From contig CAYNPN010000005.1 of NCBI GenBank assembly GCA_964399085.1, positions 5,328-69,327 on the forward strand: a stretch of 64,000 nucleotides of DNA, written 5' to 3'. The position numbers were made by a program, and so were the translations under genes. Positions 1 to 9,226 of the stretch are shown here, in pieces; position 1 is the stretch's first letter, and each line of letters begins with the position of its first letter. This DNA comes from Candidatus Hadarchaeota archaeon. Its GTDB lineage: Archaea; Hadarchaeota; Hadarchaeia; Hadarchaeales; JAGGTB01. The notes beneath the pieces were generated by a model. That model was not told where the DNA came from, did not search any database, and saw nothing but the letters and a program-made list of their open reading frames with translations.

Positions 1-5
1 TTGTC

Positions 6-866
6 TCAATCTTTTCCCAATTTCCATTCCCTGTCTTCATGCTGAAGAATCTCTCGATGTGGGAACGGGATTCCTATTCCTGCCTCCTCGTATCTTTTCT
101 TGACGGTGGTGATTACATCGTTTAGCGCCCTTCTCTTCTTTCCAGGAACGGGATTATCTATCCAGAACAATAAAACAATGTTAACCGAGCTATCGGCGAG
201 TTCGTCAATCATAGCCTTCGGAGCGGGATTTTCCATAATCTGATCGTTTTCTTCCATTACTTCCTCCGCTATTCGGCGAGCTTCAACCGGATCCGACTCG
301 TAATCAATACCGATAGTTTCCTTAACCCTGAGCTGACCCTTCCTAGACTTGTTGTTTATCTCGTTGGAGGATACCATGCTGTTTGGAATTGATACCACCT
401 CACCATCAAATGTCTCTACTCTTGTCTGCATCACCGTTATATCCTCGACGATGCCGGAATAACCACCTATCTCAACCCAATCGTCAATCTCGAACGGCCT
501 GGAGAACATCATGAGAAGACCCGAAATTACATTTCCTAGAGTTTCCTGAGCCGCTAAGCCGACGACAATCCCCATAAATCCAGCTCCCGCAATCAGGCCT
601 GTCAGGTTGACACCCCATACGCCGAGCAGAACAAAAAGTGCCACAGTGCCTATGATGATTTGGAAAATCCTGTAGGCCGTTCTCCGAAAATGCCTTTGGA
701 CCTTATCCATAGTGAGGGCTCGTACCGACCTCTTCATGATTCTAGCGGCGATATACGCCCCGATAGCGACTATAATAGAGACTAATATTTTCCAAAAAAA
801 CGGATTTTTCGTAATGAAGTCGATGATCTGAGAAACATCTGGTAGATTTACCATGAGGTACCCCAT
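6..866 (-). CDS. MscS-family small-conductance mechanosensitive channel
   Basis: N-terminal hydrophobic helices are followed by the MscS core region GNVISGLLMMFSRPFEIDDWVEIGGYSGIVEDITVMQTRVETFDGEVVSIPNS. Confidence 0.8.
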   Translation of the reverse strand: MGYLMVNLPDVSQIIDFITKNPFFWKILVSIIVAIGAYIAARIMKRSVRALTMDKVQRHFRRTAYRIFQIIIGTVALFVLLGVWGVNLTGLIAGAGFMGIVVGLAAQETLGNVISGLLMMFSRPFEIDDWVEIGGYSGIVEDITVMQTRVETFDGEVVSIPNSMVSSNEINNKSRKGQLRVKETIGIDYESDPVEARRIAEEVMEENDQIMENPAPKAMIDELADSSVNIVLLFWIDNPVPGKKRRALNDVITTVKKRYEEAGIGIPFPHREILQHEDREWKLGKD

Positions 867-1022
867 TGTTGTTCAAAGATAAATTTTATAACTATTTTCA
901 CGTTTCAAACTCGTCATCAAAAACGGGATTGAAAATTTCTCCATGCAAAGAGGACTTCGATTTTCCCGGCTATCGGCTAGAAGTACCTCTGAGATTTATA
1001 TAATCGGAATTCAAATGGAAAA

Positions 1023-2150
1023 ATGATGTTCAAGAAAAATGAAGTTTGTGAAATTTTAGGTATTGAGAAGCCGATAATACAAGCGCCGATGGGTCCTTTT
1101 CTCACGACGAACCTCTGTGCAGCGGTATCCGATACAGGATGTCTTGGTTGCGTCAGCCATACCGGAAGTTTCACATATATGAGGGAGAAATTTCCGGAAG
1201 ATTTCAATGAAATAAAGGAATCTGCCCCAAAATTAGTCAACGATGCATTGGAGATGGAAGAGAGGATGGGTAAGGACGTTTGGACCTTACAGCAAATCCA
1301 GGACGTGAAGGAACTTACCGACAATCCCTTCGCAGTGAATGTGCGAGTGACTCAAATCCAAGTTGACGCCCCATACCTGATAGATGCCATTATTGAGGAA
1401 AGAGAGAATGATCCCGAACTAGCCGAACAGCTAAAGGTTGTCGTCACTTCAGCTGGAAATCCGGAACTTTACACGGAAAAATTACAAGACGCAGGGTTAA
1501 AAGTAGTTCACGTCGTTCCTACAGCATATCACGCACAAAAGGCCGAGTCCGCAGGTGTCGATGCCGTGGTCGCCTCCGGCCATCAGGCGGGAGGGCATAT
1601 TTCCTGGAGTCCAGTCCATACAAATGTACTGCTGCCGGCAATAAGTGATGCTGTGGACATACCGGTTATATCGGCTGGAGGATGGAGTGATGGAAGGGGC
1701 CTCGTAGCTGCTCTAACTCTTGGAGCTGATGCAATATATATGGGGACGAGGTTCATAGCTACTCAAGAAAGCGACTTTCACGAAAACTACAAGGAAGCAG
1801 TAGTCGAAGGGGAAGCAAGGGAAACGGTTGCTACCGCCGGAATGCTAGGGCCAATCCGAATCCTAGAAAACGAGTACACGGAGAAGCTACAAGAGGCTCT
1901 AGACAGTGTCGCAGGACCTTTCAAGGAGAAAGCTCAGAACTTCGATGAGTATCCGGAAGTTTACGAGGCAAAGACAAGAGCTTCTCAGGCGGATCCATAT
2001 GTAGAGGGTGAAGTCGACGACGCACCCGTCCTCCTTGGTGAAGCAATGGGCAGAATCAACGACATCCCGACAGTTGAAGAGCTTGTTGACAGAATACTGG
2101 AAGATGCAGAGGAAATCATCAGGAAAAGATTGCCTTCTTACCTAGAATAG
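1023..2150 (+). CDS. Nitronate monooxygenase / FabK-like FMN oxidoreductase (NPD family)
   Basis: Motifs PIIQAPMGP, VVASGHQAGGH and GADAIYMGTRF are typical of the NMO TIM-barrel family. Confidence 0.8.
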   Translation: MMFKKNEVCEILGIEKPIIQAPMGPFLTTNLCAAVSDTGCLGCVSHTGSFTYMREKFPEDFNEIKESAPKLVNDALEMEERMGKDVWTLQQIQDVKELTDNPFAVNVRVTQIQVDAPYLIDAIIEERENDPELAEQLKVVVTSAGNPELYTEKLQDAGLKVVHVVPTAYHAQKAESAGVDAVVASGHQAGGHISWSPVHTNVLLPAISDAVDIPVISAGGWSDGRGLVAALTLGADAIYMGTRFIATQESDFHENYKEAVVEGEARETVATAGMLGPIRILENEYTEKLQEALDSVAGPFKEKAQNFDEYPEVYEAKTRASQADPYVEGEVDDAPVLLGEAMGRINDIPTVEELVDRILEDAEEIIRKRLPSYLE

Positions 2151-2245
2151 TAAGATGGTTCGGTGGTTCGAAACCGACCATATTTCCCCGTTTGTAGGGG
2201 CCAAAATTAATATTGGCCGATATTCCCTTTCAAAAAGGGCCTTAA

Positions 2246-3349
2246 ATGAAGGAAAGTAAACAGAAAACTCAGATAACTTCGGACCAAATTTCACAGACAA
2301 TTAGAAGTGCAGGAATAGCAGGGGCGGGAGGTGCCGGATTTCCCTCTTACGCCAAATGGTCAGATCTGGAAAAAATCCAATATCTGCTAGTCAATCTTCA
2401 AGAAAGCGAACCTATACTCTATTCGGACAAGTGGCTGGTTAAAGAGAATCCTGAAAGTTTCAAAAAGCTCTTTAAACTACTCCTAAATCTAGTGTTCGAC
2501 GTTGTGGTAATTGGCACGAAGGAAAAGTATCGTAAAAATTGGTTGAAACATCTCGAAAATGTTACAGATTCATCAATCTATCTCCCTGACGATCTACCTT
2601 TGGATGTTGAGAGTGAAACGGGTGTTACAATTGCATACACTGAGGACGTTTACCAACATAGCGAAGAACTCCCACTTCTAAAAGTGACCACCGGAACAAT
2701 CGTCTCGCCCGATTTACCAACGGAGCACGGCTGGATTACCCACAACACCGAAACTATCTACAACATATATAGGGCCCTATTCGAGGGTGCTCCGATGACT
2801 AAAAAATACGTAACAGTCGGCGGCGACACGCCCCGACACAGGTGTCTGGAGGCCCCGATAGGAACAACTATTCCTTATCTGCTAGAAACTGCAGGTCTGA
2901 ATTTTGAAGATATGGAAAAAAGTCAAATTCTCCTCGAAGGCGGGCCTGGCTGGTGCTCCAGAATCGAAGAAAATCCTCTACAGTTCGGGGTAAGCAAACG
3001 GACGAACGCCGTCATGGTAATGGACCGAAAAACCGTCGAGGAACATCGGATGGAAAATGAGGAAGTGAGAATTAACCTGCTGGATGCCAGAAACTGGGAG
3101 AAAGAAGAACACGAAAAAGAGCCTACCGAGATAAAACCGGACAAAGTCCGAATCCCCTTAATCACTAATCCGGCCCTCCAGGGAACAGTGAAACCCAGTG
3201 AACCGATAGTCAGCTCTGGCGATTATGTAGGAGAAGGCGAAGTTATCGCTACTCCTTATCCGGAAGGAATCAGTATCCCACAGCACGCCTCTATAGACGG
3301 AAAAATCGTGAACGTAAGCAAAAATTATATCGTTATAGAAAGAAACTGA
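2246..3349 (+). CDS. RnfC/NqrA-like protein with a 51-kDa-type nucleotide-binding region and no ferredoxin cysteine motifs
   Basis: GIAGAGGAGFPSYAKW...LLVNLQESEPILYSDKWL parallels RnfC G(L/M)GGAGFPTHVK...INGAECEPY. No CxxCxxCxxxCP motif is present. The C-terminus IDGKIVNVSKNYIVIE looks like a barrel-sandwich hybrid. Confidence 0.5.
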   Translation: MKESKQKTQITSDQISQTIRSAGIAGAGGAGFPSYAKWSDLEKIQYLLVNLQESEPILYSDKWLVKENPESFKKLFKLLLNLVFDVVVIGTKEKYRKNWLKHLENVTDSSIYLPDDLPLDVESETGVTIAYTEDVYQHSEELPLLKVTTGTIVSPDLPTEHGWITHNTETIYNIYRALFEGAPMTKKYVTVGGDTPRHRCLEAPIGTTIPYLLETAGLNFEDMEKSQILLEGGPGWCSRIEENPLQFGVSKRTNAVMVMDRKTVEEHRMENEEVRINLLDARNWEKEEHEKEPTEIKPDKVRIPLITNPALQGTVKPSEPIVSSGDYVGEGEVIATPYPEGISIPQHASIDGKIVNVSKNYIVIERN

Positions 3350-3441
3350 CGGAAGAGCCTAATTCTCTTGAATATTCCTATTTCTCAATTCCAGCTACGG
3401 GGTGGTTAACCCTATATATGACAAGAAACGGAATTTTTTAT

Positions 3442-3738
3442 GTCGACGAGCCGGTGGCCGGCTCTCGGGGTGCTCCTGAGGAAACACCGCCCATCGGGTG
3501 GGACCGCAGGGTCGAAAAGACCCCGGCTGAGAGGTCGGACCCTGGAACAGAAACGATACCCTCCAGTCTTAACGCCATGATGTGGGGACACTGAGGTCGG
3601 GCTGGAAGGGATGGAACGGCCAATCTGCGGGATGCAAGGGCAAAATAGCCACCGATGAACTCCCGCTGGAGGTGGGTGGTAGCCCGCTAAGCTGAATGCC
3701 GGCAAGAACAGAAGGTGGGTTACGGCCGGCACGTCGAC
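3442..3738 (+). ncRNA. rnpB: RNase P RNA (archaeal type)
   Basis: GC-rich island with only junk ORFs. It has a CR-I-like GAGGAAACACCGCCC near the 5' end, GCAAGGGCAAAATAGCC in the middle, and a CR-V-like ACAGAAGGTGGGTTAC near the 3' end. Terminal helix P1 pairs GTCGACG (3442-3448) with CGTCGAC (3732-3738). Confidence 0.85.
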
Positions 3739-3786
3739 AACCTTACTTTCATTTTTCACATGATAAAACGGAAAACTTTCCAAAGA

Positions 3787-6330
3787 TTAAGACACTCGGG
3801 CTTTCTCCAAGCGAACAATAAATCTAGTTCCCCCTTCCTCGGAGTCTTCCACTTCCACACTACCTCCGTAATTCTCCGCTATTTCCTTTACGAGATATGT
3901 TCCCAACCCAGTTCCTGCCTCCGAGCCTTTCTTAAATCCCTTTTCAAAAATCCTTTCTTTCATCTCGTTGCTTAACCCACAACCGTCATCACTTACCGAT
4001 ATAAGGACTTCCTCTTCTTCTTCGGAGATAGAAACTCTGATTTTCTCACATCCAGAATGCTTTATGGAATTTCGAAATAGATTTAAAAATATTTCCTGAA
4101 GAAGTCTCCCCCCTATAACAACAGGATTGGATTCATCAAAAATTATTTCCACTCCGTTTTCCGACGCTTCAGTTTCGACATCATTTATTGCATTCCTAAT
4201 TATTGGCGCTACAGGTAATTTTTCCTTTTCAACTTCCTCATCCAGTCTCCTCAAAGTTCTAACTCTCTCTATCAATTTTACCCCATTTTTACACTCCCCG
4301 TTTGCCTTCTCAAGAATCTCTTTCTGCTCATCTGACAAATCCTTGCTTTCCAATATCTTATGATAACCCCGAGCATTTTGAATCATGTTTTTTTGATCAT
4401 GTCTAAGCAAAGAGTGAAGAAAGTTCTCTCTTTCCTCTCTTTCCTTTTGAACGGTAATATCCTGAGAATTATATTGAAGCTCGACAATTTCATCATCCTC
4501 CTCTATAACTTTCCCGCCGGTTTTGAGCCAGATTGTATTTCCTTCTTTATCGATTCCCCTAAGAATCCTAGTAGCTTCCTCATTTTCCCGAACCTCATTG
4601 TAAATCTCCAACCAATTATCTCGATCATCCGGATGGGCTAATTTAATAATATTTTCTCCGACAATCTCATCCTCTGTATATCCAAAGAATTCCAGGCATT
4701 TCTTGTTGATCCCTTTGACATTTCCTTCCAAATCAGTAGTGGCGACAAGATCGTTCGCTCCTTCAACTAATTCCTTATATCTGTCCTTCTCTCGCTTCAA
4801 CTCCTTCTCCATCTGTTTTCTCTCAGTGATATCTCTTGCAATGCCCATAACCGCATAAGGTTCTCCATTTCTATGTAGAGTAGTAGCCCTCGTTTCGACC
4901 CAAATCTGGTTTCCGTCCTTTCGTTCTAGTTTAAATTCTTTAGCTTCTTCATCTCTCCCCTTCTCCAGGATTCTTTCTGTATTCCGCTCGGCCTTTGGAA
5001 GATATTCTTCGGCAACAATGTCCTCGAAGGAAAGGGGTTTCATATCGCTCTCGGAGTAACCCAGCATATCCAGTGCACGAGGATTAGCATCTATAAAATT
5101 GCCTTCAAAATCGTGGACAAAAATTGCTTCCATGGATCTTTCAAAAAGGGATTGGTATCTTTCTTCTACCTCTTTTAATCTCTCCTCCGTTCGCTTACGC
5201 TCCGTGATATCTATTCCCTCAGCTATAAGAGAAGTAATTTCTCCTTCTTCATTCCTTATAGGGCGTAGGGAAAAGTCCACAGTAATAACCTCCCCATCTT
5301 TTCCCTCATGCCACGCCTCGAAACGTTCATAATTTCCATTGGCCGCTCGATTTACCGCATCTCTGAGTCGATCCTGAAGCTCTTCGGAGTGTGTCCACCA
5401 AGGTGTATTCCAAAATTTCTTGCCTTCAACCCCGGAGGGAGGGGTATCAATAAATTCCGGAGAAGCCCTATTTGCCTCTAGAACGTTGCCGTCCAGATCA
5501 AGTATCCCAATAAATGTTTGAGGATCATTGAGAACTGCCTTTAACTGTCGATCTCTCTTCTTGAGATTTTCTTTGGCTCTCCAAGACTCGGTAATATCTT
5601 GAATGTAGTGAGCAAAGGCCTCTATTTCACCATTATCATCCAGAATTGGGGATGCGGTGGTAAACCAATGTTTTCCATTCTTCTCGAATTCTCCTATTGT
5701 TTTTGATTTAGTTTCCGAGGCTTCCAAACAAGGACATTCTGGAATTGGTTTATCCTGGTTATGGACCACTTCGTAGCACTTTTTACCCTTCAATTCCTCG
5801 GGCTCCATATCAATAAGATCAGAACCAGTTCCATTAATTCGAACAATCTCGAGATTAGGAGATATTAAGGCGGCTATTCCAGGAAGAGAGTCGGCAGTTA
5901 CCTTCCATTCTGTCCCTTTTCTATCCTTTTCCTTCCCCACCCTCCGATACTCAATTTCCTGAGCGATTGCGTTGGCTAAGAGGCCATATTGAGACTCAGG
6001 ATCTCTGCCTTTTCGGAGATAGCGATCAGCCCCTAAATTCAGAGCCTCCATCGCCACTTCCTCTCGTCCCTTGCCGGTGAATATTACGAATGGTAAATCA
6101 CTATTTCTCTCCTCCCTCACCACCTTCAAGAAATCGAGGCCGTCCATATCGGGCATTTTGTAATCCGAAACTATTGCATCGAAATATTGCTCTTCAAGAA
6201 GATTCAAGGCCTTCTTTGCAGAATTAACCGTGGTGACATTGAAACGACTATCTTCCCTCTCCAAAAATATTTCTCCCTGCTCTAAAATTGCAGAGGAGTC
6301 ATCCACAAAAAGGATTTCCAATTTCTGCAC
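3787..6330 (-). CDS. Hybrid signalling protein: N-terminal receiver domain, multiple PAS domains, C-terminal histidine kinase
   Basis: The receiver has ILFVDD...DAIVSDYKMPDMDG. Repeated PAS-like blocks follow (ITERK/ITESW junctions). The HATPase end reads DDGCGL...GTGLGTYLVKEI. Confidence 0.85.
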   Translation of the reverse strand: MQKLEILFVDDSSAILEQGEIFLEREDSRFNVTTVNSAKKALNLLEEQYFDAIVSDYKMPDMDGLDFLKVVREERNSDLPFVIFTGKGREEVAMEALNLGADRYLRKGRDPESQYGLLANAIAQEIEYRRVGKEKDRKGTEWKVTADSLPGIAALISPNLEIVRINGTGSDLIDMEPEELKGKKCYEVVHNQDKPIPECPCLEASETKSKTIGEFEKNGKHWFTTASPILDDNGEIEAFAHYIQDITESWRAKENLKKRDRQLKAVLNDPQTFIGILDLDGNVLEANRASPEFIDTPPSGVEGKKFWNTPWWTHSEELQDRLRDAVNRAANGNYERFEAWHEGKDGEVITVDFSLRPIRNEEGEITSLIAEGIDITERKRTEERLKEVEERYQSLFERSMEAIFVHDFEGNFIDANPRALDMLGYSESDMKPLSFEDIVAEEYLPKAERNTERILEKGRDEEAKEFKLERKDGNQIWVETRATTLHRNGEPYAVMGIARDITERKQMEKELKREKDRYKELVEGANDLVATTDLEGNVKGINKKCLEFFGYTEDEIVGENIIKLAHPDDRDNWLEIYNEVRENEEATRILRGIDKEGNTIWLKTGGKVIEEDDEIVELQYNSQDITVQKEREERENFLHSLLRHDQKNMIQNARGYHKILESKDLSDEQKEILEKANGECKNGVKLIERVRTLRRLDEEVEKEKLPVAPIIRNAINDVETEASENGVEIIFDESNPVVIGGRLLQEIFLNLFRNSIKHSGCEKIRVSISEEEEEVLISVSDDGCGLSNEMKERIFEKGFKKGSEAGTGLGTYLVKEIAENYGGSVEVEDSEEGGTRFIVRLEKARVS

Positions 6331-6355
6331 CTCCTCTATTTGCCAACTTGATATT

Positions 6356-7468
6356 CTATATTCTGAAAACCAGACTTTCCAATGATTGACGGGTTGATGG
6401 TAATTCTCCCGAAAACCAGAATCTCATGGCACTTTTTAAACTAGACACGGCCTCTTTCTTATCTTGGGATAATTCCTTAATAATCTCAAAAAATCTTTCA
6501 GGATCGTCGCCTTCCCACACATCTTCCAATATATCTTCATCAGTGGAGGAAAGTAATTCTTTATAAACATCGCGTTTAAATTTCTCTCTCTCCAATATTC
6601 CTGCTAGAATTCTCTTTTCAGTGGACCTCTTTAAATAAGACATTTTTGCTTCAGCTTGTTCAGAATACTTCTCTATGTCTATCCCTACTATTTTAGATCC
6701 CAATTCCTCCAAGAGTGATCTATGATCCTCGGACTTCCTCGAAAGTTGGAAGAGGTCGTCCTTATACTTCTCGATGTCCTCATCGAGTGCTCTTTCTAAT
6801 GTCTCTTCCTCTAACTGACTTTCGGACCAATAGGCATATCCAAGGAAACGATTTAACATCTCGATAAATCTTTCATTATCTTCTTTTTCCTCTTCGTCAC
6901 TAATCCCCTTTTCTCTTAGCATTTCGATTATTTCTGAGTTCGCATTCAAAGCTTTATCCAGGTATTCTCTTTCCTTCCCAGATATTTCCAAATCCTGTAA
7001 ATTATTAAGATAATCGTGAACAATTTCCACCCTTCTAGCTATATCTCGTGTAAGCAAGGACCTTAGGAATTCATTTTTCTCTTTAATCCTCCGATTTTCT
7101 ATTAAATCCGCAAAAGCGTTTGCAAGCATTGAAAATTGAGTCTCCCGATCTCCCACTTTCTGGAAATATCGATCAGCGCCCAAGTTAATTGCCCTCATTG
7201 CAATCTCTTCGCGCCCCCATCCAGTAATGATGATAAACGGAATATCATTTCCTTCCTCTCTCAGTTTTTCTAAAAATTCCAATCCGCTCATTCCTCCCAT
7301 TTTATAGTCCGAAGCCACGGCCTCGAATCCATTTTCTTCAATCATTTTCAGTCCTTCTTCAGCAGAAGTGGCTGTTTCGATATCGAGCCGCTCATCTTCC
7401 CCTGAAAGAAAGTGTTTCCCCTGTTCTAGAAACGCTGGGTCATCATCGACGAGGAGAACCTTAAACAT
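6356..7468 (-). CDS. Response regulator receiver protein with a long helical C-terminal domain of unknown function
   Basis: The receiver has VLLVDDD...EAVASDYKMGGMSG...ITGWG...LGADRYFQK. The remaining ~240 aa is acidic and helical with no recognised output domain. Confidence 0.75.
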   Translation of the reverse strand: MFKVLLVDDDPAFLEQGKHFLSGEDERLDIETATSAEEGLKMIEENGFEAVASDYKMGGMSGLEFLEKLREEGNDIPFIIITGWGREEIAMRAINLGADRYFQKVGDRETQFSMLANAFADLIENRRIKEKNEFLRSLLTRDIARRVEIVHDYLNNLQDLEISGKEREYLDKALNANSEIIEMLREKGISDEEEKEDNERFIEMLNRFLGYAYWSESQLEEETLERALDEDIEKYKDDLFQLSRKSEDHRSLLEELGSKIVGIDIEKYSEQAEAKMSYLKRSTEKRILAGILEREKFKRDVYKELLSSTDEDILEDVWEGDDPERFFEIIKELSQDKKEAVSSLKSAMRFWFSGELPSTRQSLESLVFRI

Positions 7469-7637
7469 TTTGAAAACCTATATGGGGATTTAATAGTCGC
7501 TTCTTAACTATATTTTCTCTATATATTACCTTATGAAGGGTCGGTGTTTAATCGGTTTCACACAAATAATCAAGAATGAGAATTACTAGTTTCAAGCCAC
7601 CTTATCTTATCCTAAAAGATAGCTTGAGAATTGCCCA

Positions 7638-7838
7638 CTATCCGATTGCCAATCTTATATCTTTATAATTCACTGTTTTTCGGCCGGAATCCTCGGCCAA
7701 TTCCACAGCCTCTTCGGCTATTTCCAATGCCCTATCTTCTAAGACACGGGCTAATTCCTCTTCTGCGTCTTCGCTAATCCTCTCCGCTCCACCTCTCTTT
7801 ATTATTCTATGCATTGCCTCCATTGGAAATTCGCTCAT
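7638..7838 (-). CDS. Archaeal histone (HMf family, single histone fold)
   Basis: RIIKRGGAERISEDAEEELARVLEDRALEIAEEAVELAEDSGRKTVNYKDIRLA parallels HMfB. The start is set at the internal ATG (MSEFP), not the ORF-track start at 7871. Confidence 0.85.
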   Translation of the reverse strand: MSEFPMEAMHRIIKRGGAERISEDAEEELARVLEDRALEIAEEAVELAEDSGRKTVNYKDIRLAIG

Positions 7839-7979
7839 TTTTTTTTTACCCTTTAAGATATTGTTGAACATGCTTAATTAGTCCTCGACATGCCTCAATC
7901 CACGATAAACAAGGAAAATCACTGTCCGAGGACCTTAAAAAAAGTCAATGTCGGATGGAATCCGAAACGAGAAATAAGG

Positions 7980-8720
7980 TTATTCCTTTATCGCTCTTAT
8001 TAGATTTCTAACTTTGGTTAATTTATTCTCAGCCTCCTCAATCACCGTGCCCGTTACAATAATATTTGCCCCGGCCTCAACTCTATCAGCTGCCATTTCC
8101 GGCGTTCTGATACCCCCGCCAACCAAAATGGTAGAATCAACGGAGTCATTTACCTCCTGAATCATTTCAACCGGAACCGGATCTTCGGCACCGGATCCTG
8201 CTTCTAAGTAGACACATTTCATCCCCCAAAATTTAGATGCGAGTGAATAAGCCACGGCAGTTTCCACATCTTCCCGAGCGATTAAATCGGCTTTTCCGAC
8301 CTCTCCTACTGTTCCGCCTGGCTCGACTACCAAATAGGCGAGTGAAATGGGCTCCAGTCCATATTCCTTAACTTTCGGGGCTCCATTCTTCTGGGCGCGT
8401 GTAACAAAAAACACATCACCTGAATTCAGAAGACTCATAAAAAATATGGCATCCGCTTCCTTACTAATTCCTCCCTCATTCGATGGGAAGAGGATTATAG
8501 GGATATCGCAGGCATCCTTAATCTCTCTTATTGTCTCATCGAGAATCTTCCCATCAACACCCGTGGAACCCCCGACCATTATACCGTCCGACCCCGCAGA
8601 AGAAGTCTGGGAAGCTATTTCTCCGGCAACTTTGGGACTCTGCTCATCCGGGTCAATAAGAGTTAGATGTGCGGCTCCGTCTTCAGAAATAACTCTATTT
8701 ATATAGGAGTAAACCTTCAT
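7980..8720 (-). CDS. Geranylgeranylglyceryl phosphate synthase (PcrB/GGGPS family)
   Basis: HLTLIDPDEQ, GSDGIMVGGS and ILVGGGIRTPE are characteristic of the GGGPS TIM barrel. Confidence 0.85.
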   Translation of the reverse strand: MKVYSYINRVISEDGAAHLTLIDPDEQSPKVAGEIASQTSSAGSDGIMVGGSTGVDGKILDETIREIKDACDIPIILFPSNEGGISKEADAIFFMSLLNSGDVFFVTRAQKNGAPKVKEYGLEPISLAYLVVEPGGTVGEVGKADLIAREDVETAVAYSLASKFWGMKCVYLEAGSGAEDPVPVEMIQEVNDSVDSTILVGGGIRTPEMAADRVEAGANIIVTGTVIEEAENKLTKVRNLIRAIKE

Positions 8721-9074
8721 GGAACCCCCTGCTTTTCTTTAAATAGATTTTCTCCTTTTATTTAACTCTCCCCAAAGTAGGTTTTCAATCATTAGGAACT
8801 TCTCTTTGCCAACAGGGTCGTTATCACGACCAGAATTAAAAATTAGGAAACTCCGGATACCTTGTAAACCGGTGTATCTATCCATGGTTATTCTAGTGTG
8901 AAAAAAGTCTAGAACCACATATTATCAAATTGAAAATGGAGACAATCAGGGGATATAAAACAGGAGTGCTCGTGGTTCGGAAATTAAACAATTCGAAAAT
9001 TCCTCCTTGGTCGGATTAAAACCGATGCTACTTGAAGGACGTAGGGGCCTTTCTGAAAAGAGAAATGAAATGAC

Positions 9075-9221
9075 TCATCCTCGGGGTTCCTTGGACTTCA
9101 TTCTCAGTCTATCGTAGCCGCATTTTCTACACTTGTCCGCATTCATTGGATTCCTAGCGTTGCACCTCATGCAGATTTTCTTGGAAAAAAGCCTTTCCTC
9201 CGCTTCCTTGAACTTTGCCAT
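9075..9221 (-). CDS. rpl40e: 50S ribosomal protein L40e
   Basis: Hand translation gives [48 protein letters not shown], 48 aa. The C4 zinc ribbon [10 protein letters not shown]...CRKCGY is the L40e signature. The gene falls below the ORF-track length cut-off. Confidence 0.85.
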   Translation of the reverse strand: MAKFKEAEERLFSKKICMRCNARNPMNADKCRKCGYDRLRMKSKEPRG

Positions 9222-9226
9222 TTTGT

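Noticed and set aside
2158-2186. tRNA-like GGTTCGAA element after the NMO-like gene
   Set aside because: TCGGT-GGTTCGAA-ACCGA forms a hairpin, but no acceptor, D or anticodon arms can be built around it. It is probably a 3'-end hairpin of the upstream gene.
3412-3783. 123-aa and 61-aa minus-strand ORFs, plus the 86-aa plus-strand ORF at 3715-3975
   Set aside because: They overlap the RNase P RNA gene or the 3' end of the sensor kinase gene, and their composition looks non-coding.
8926-8939. A 14-nt identity (ATTGAAAATGGAGA) shared with 55136-55149
   Set aside because: A single AT-rich 14-mer match is expected by chance in 64 kb when both strands are considered. No extended similarity surrounds it.
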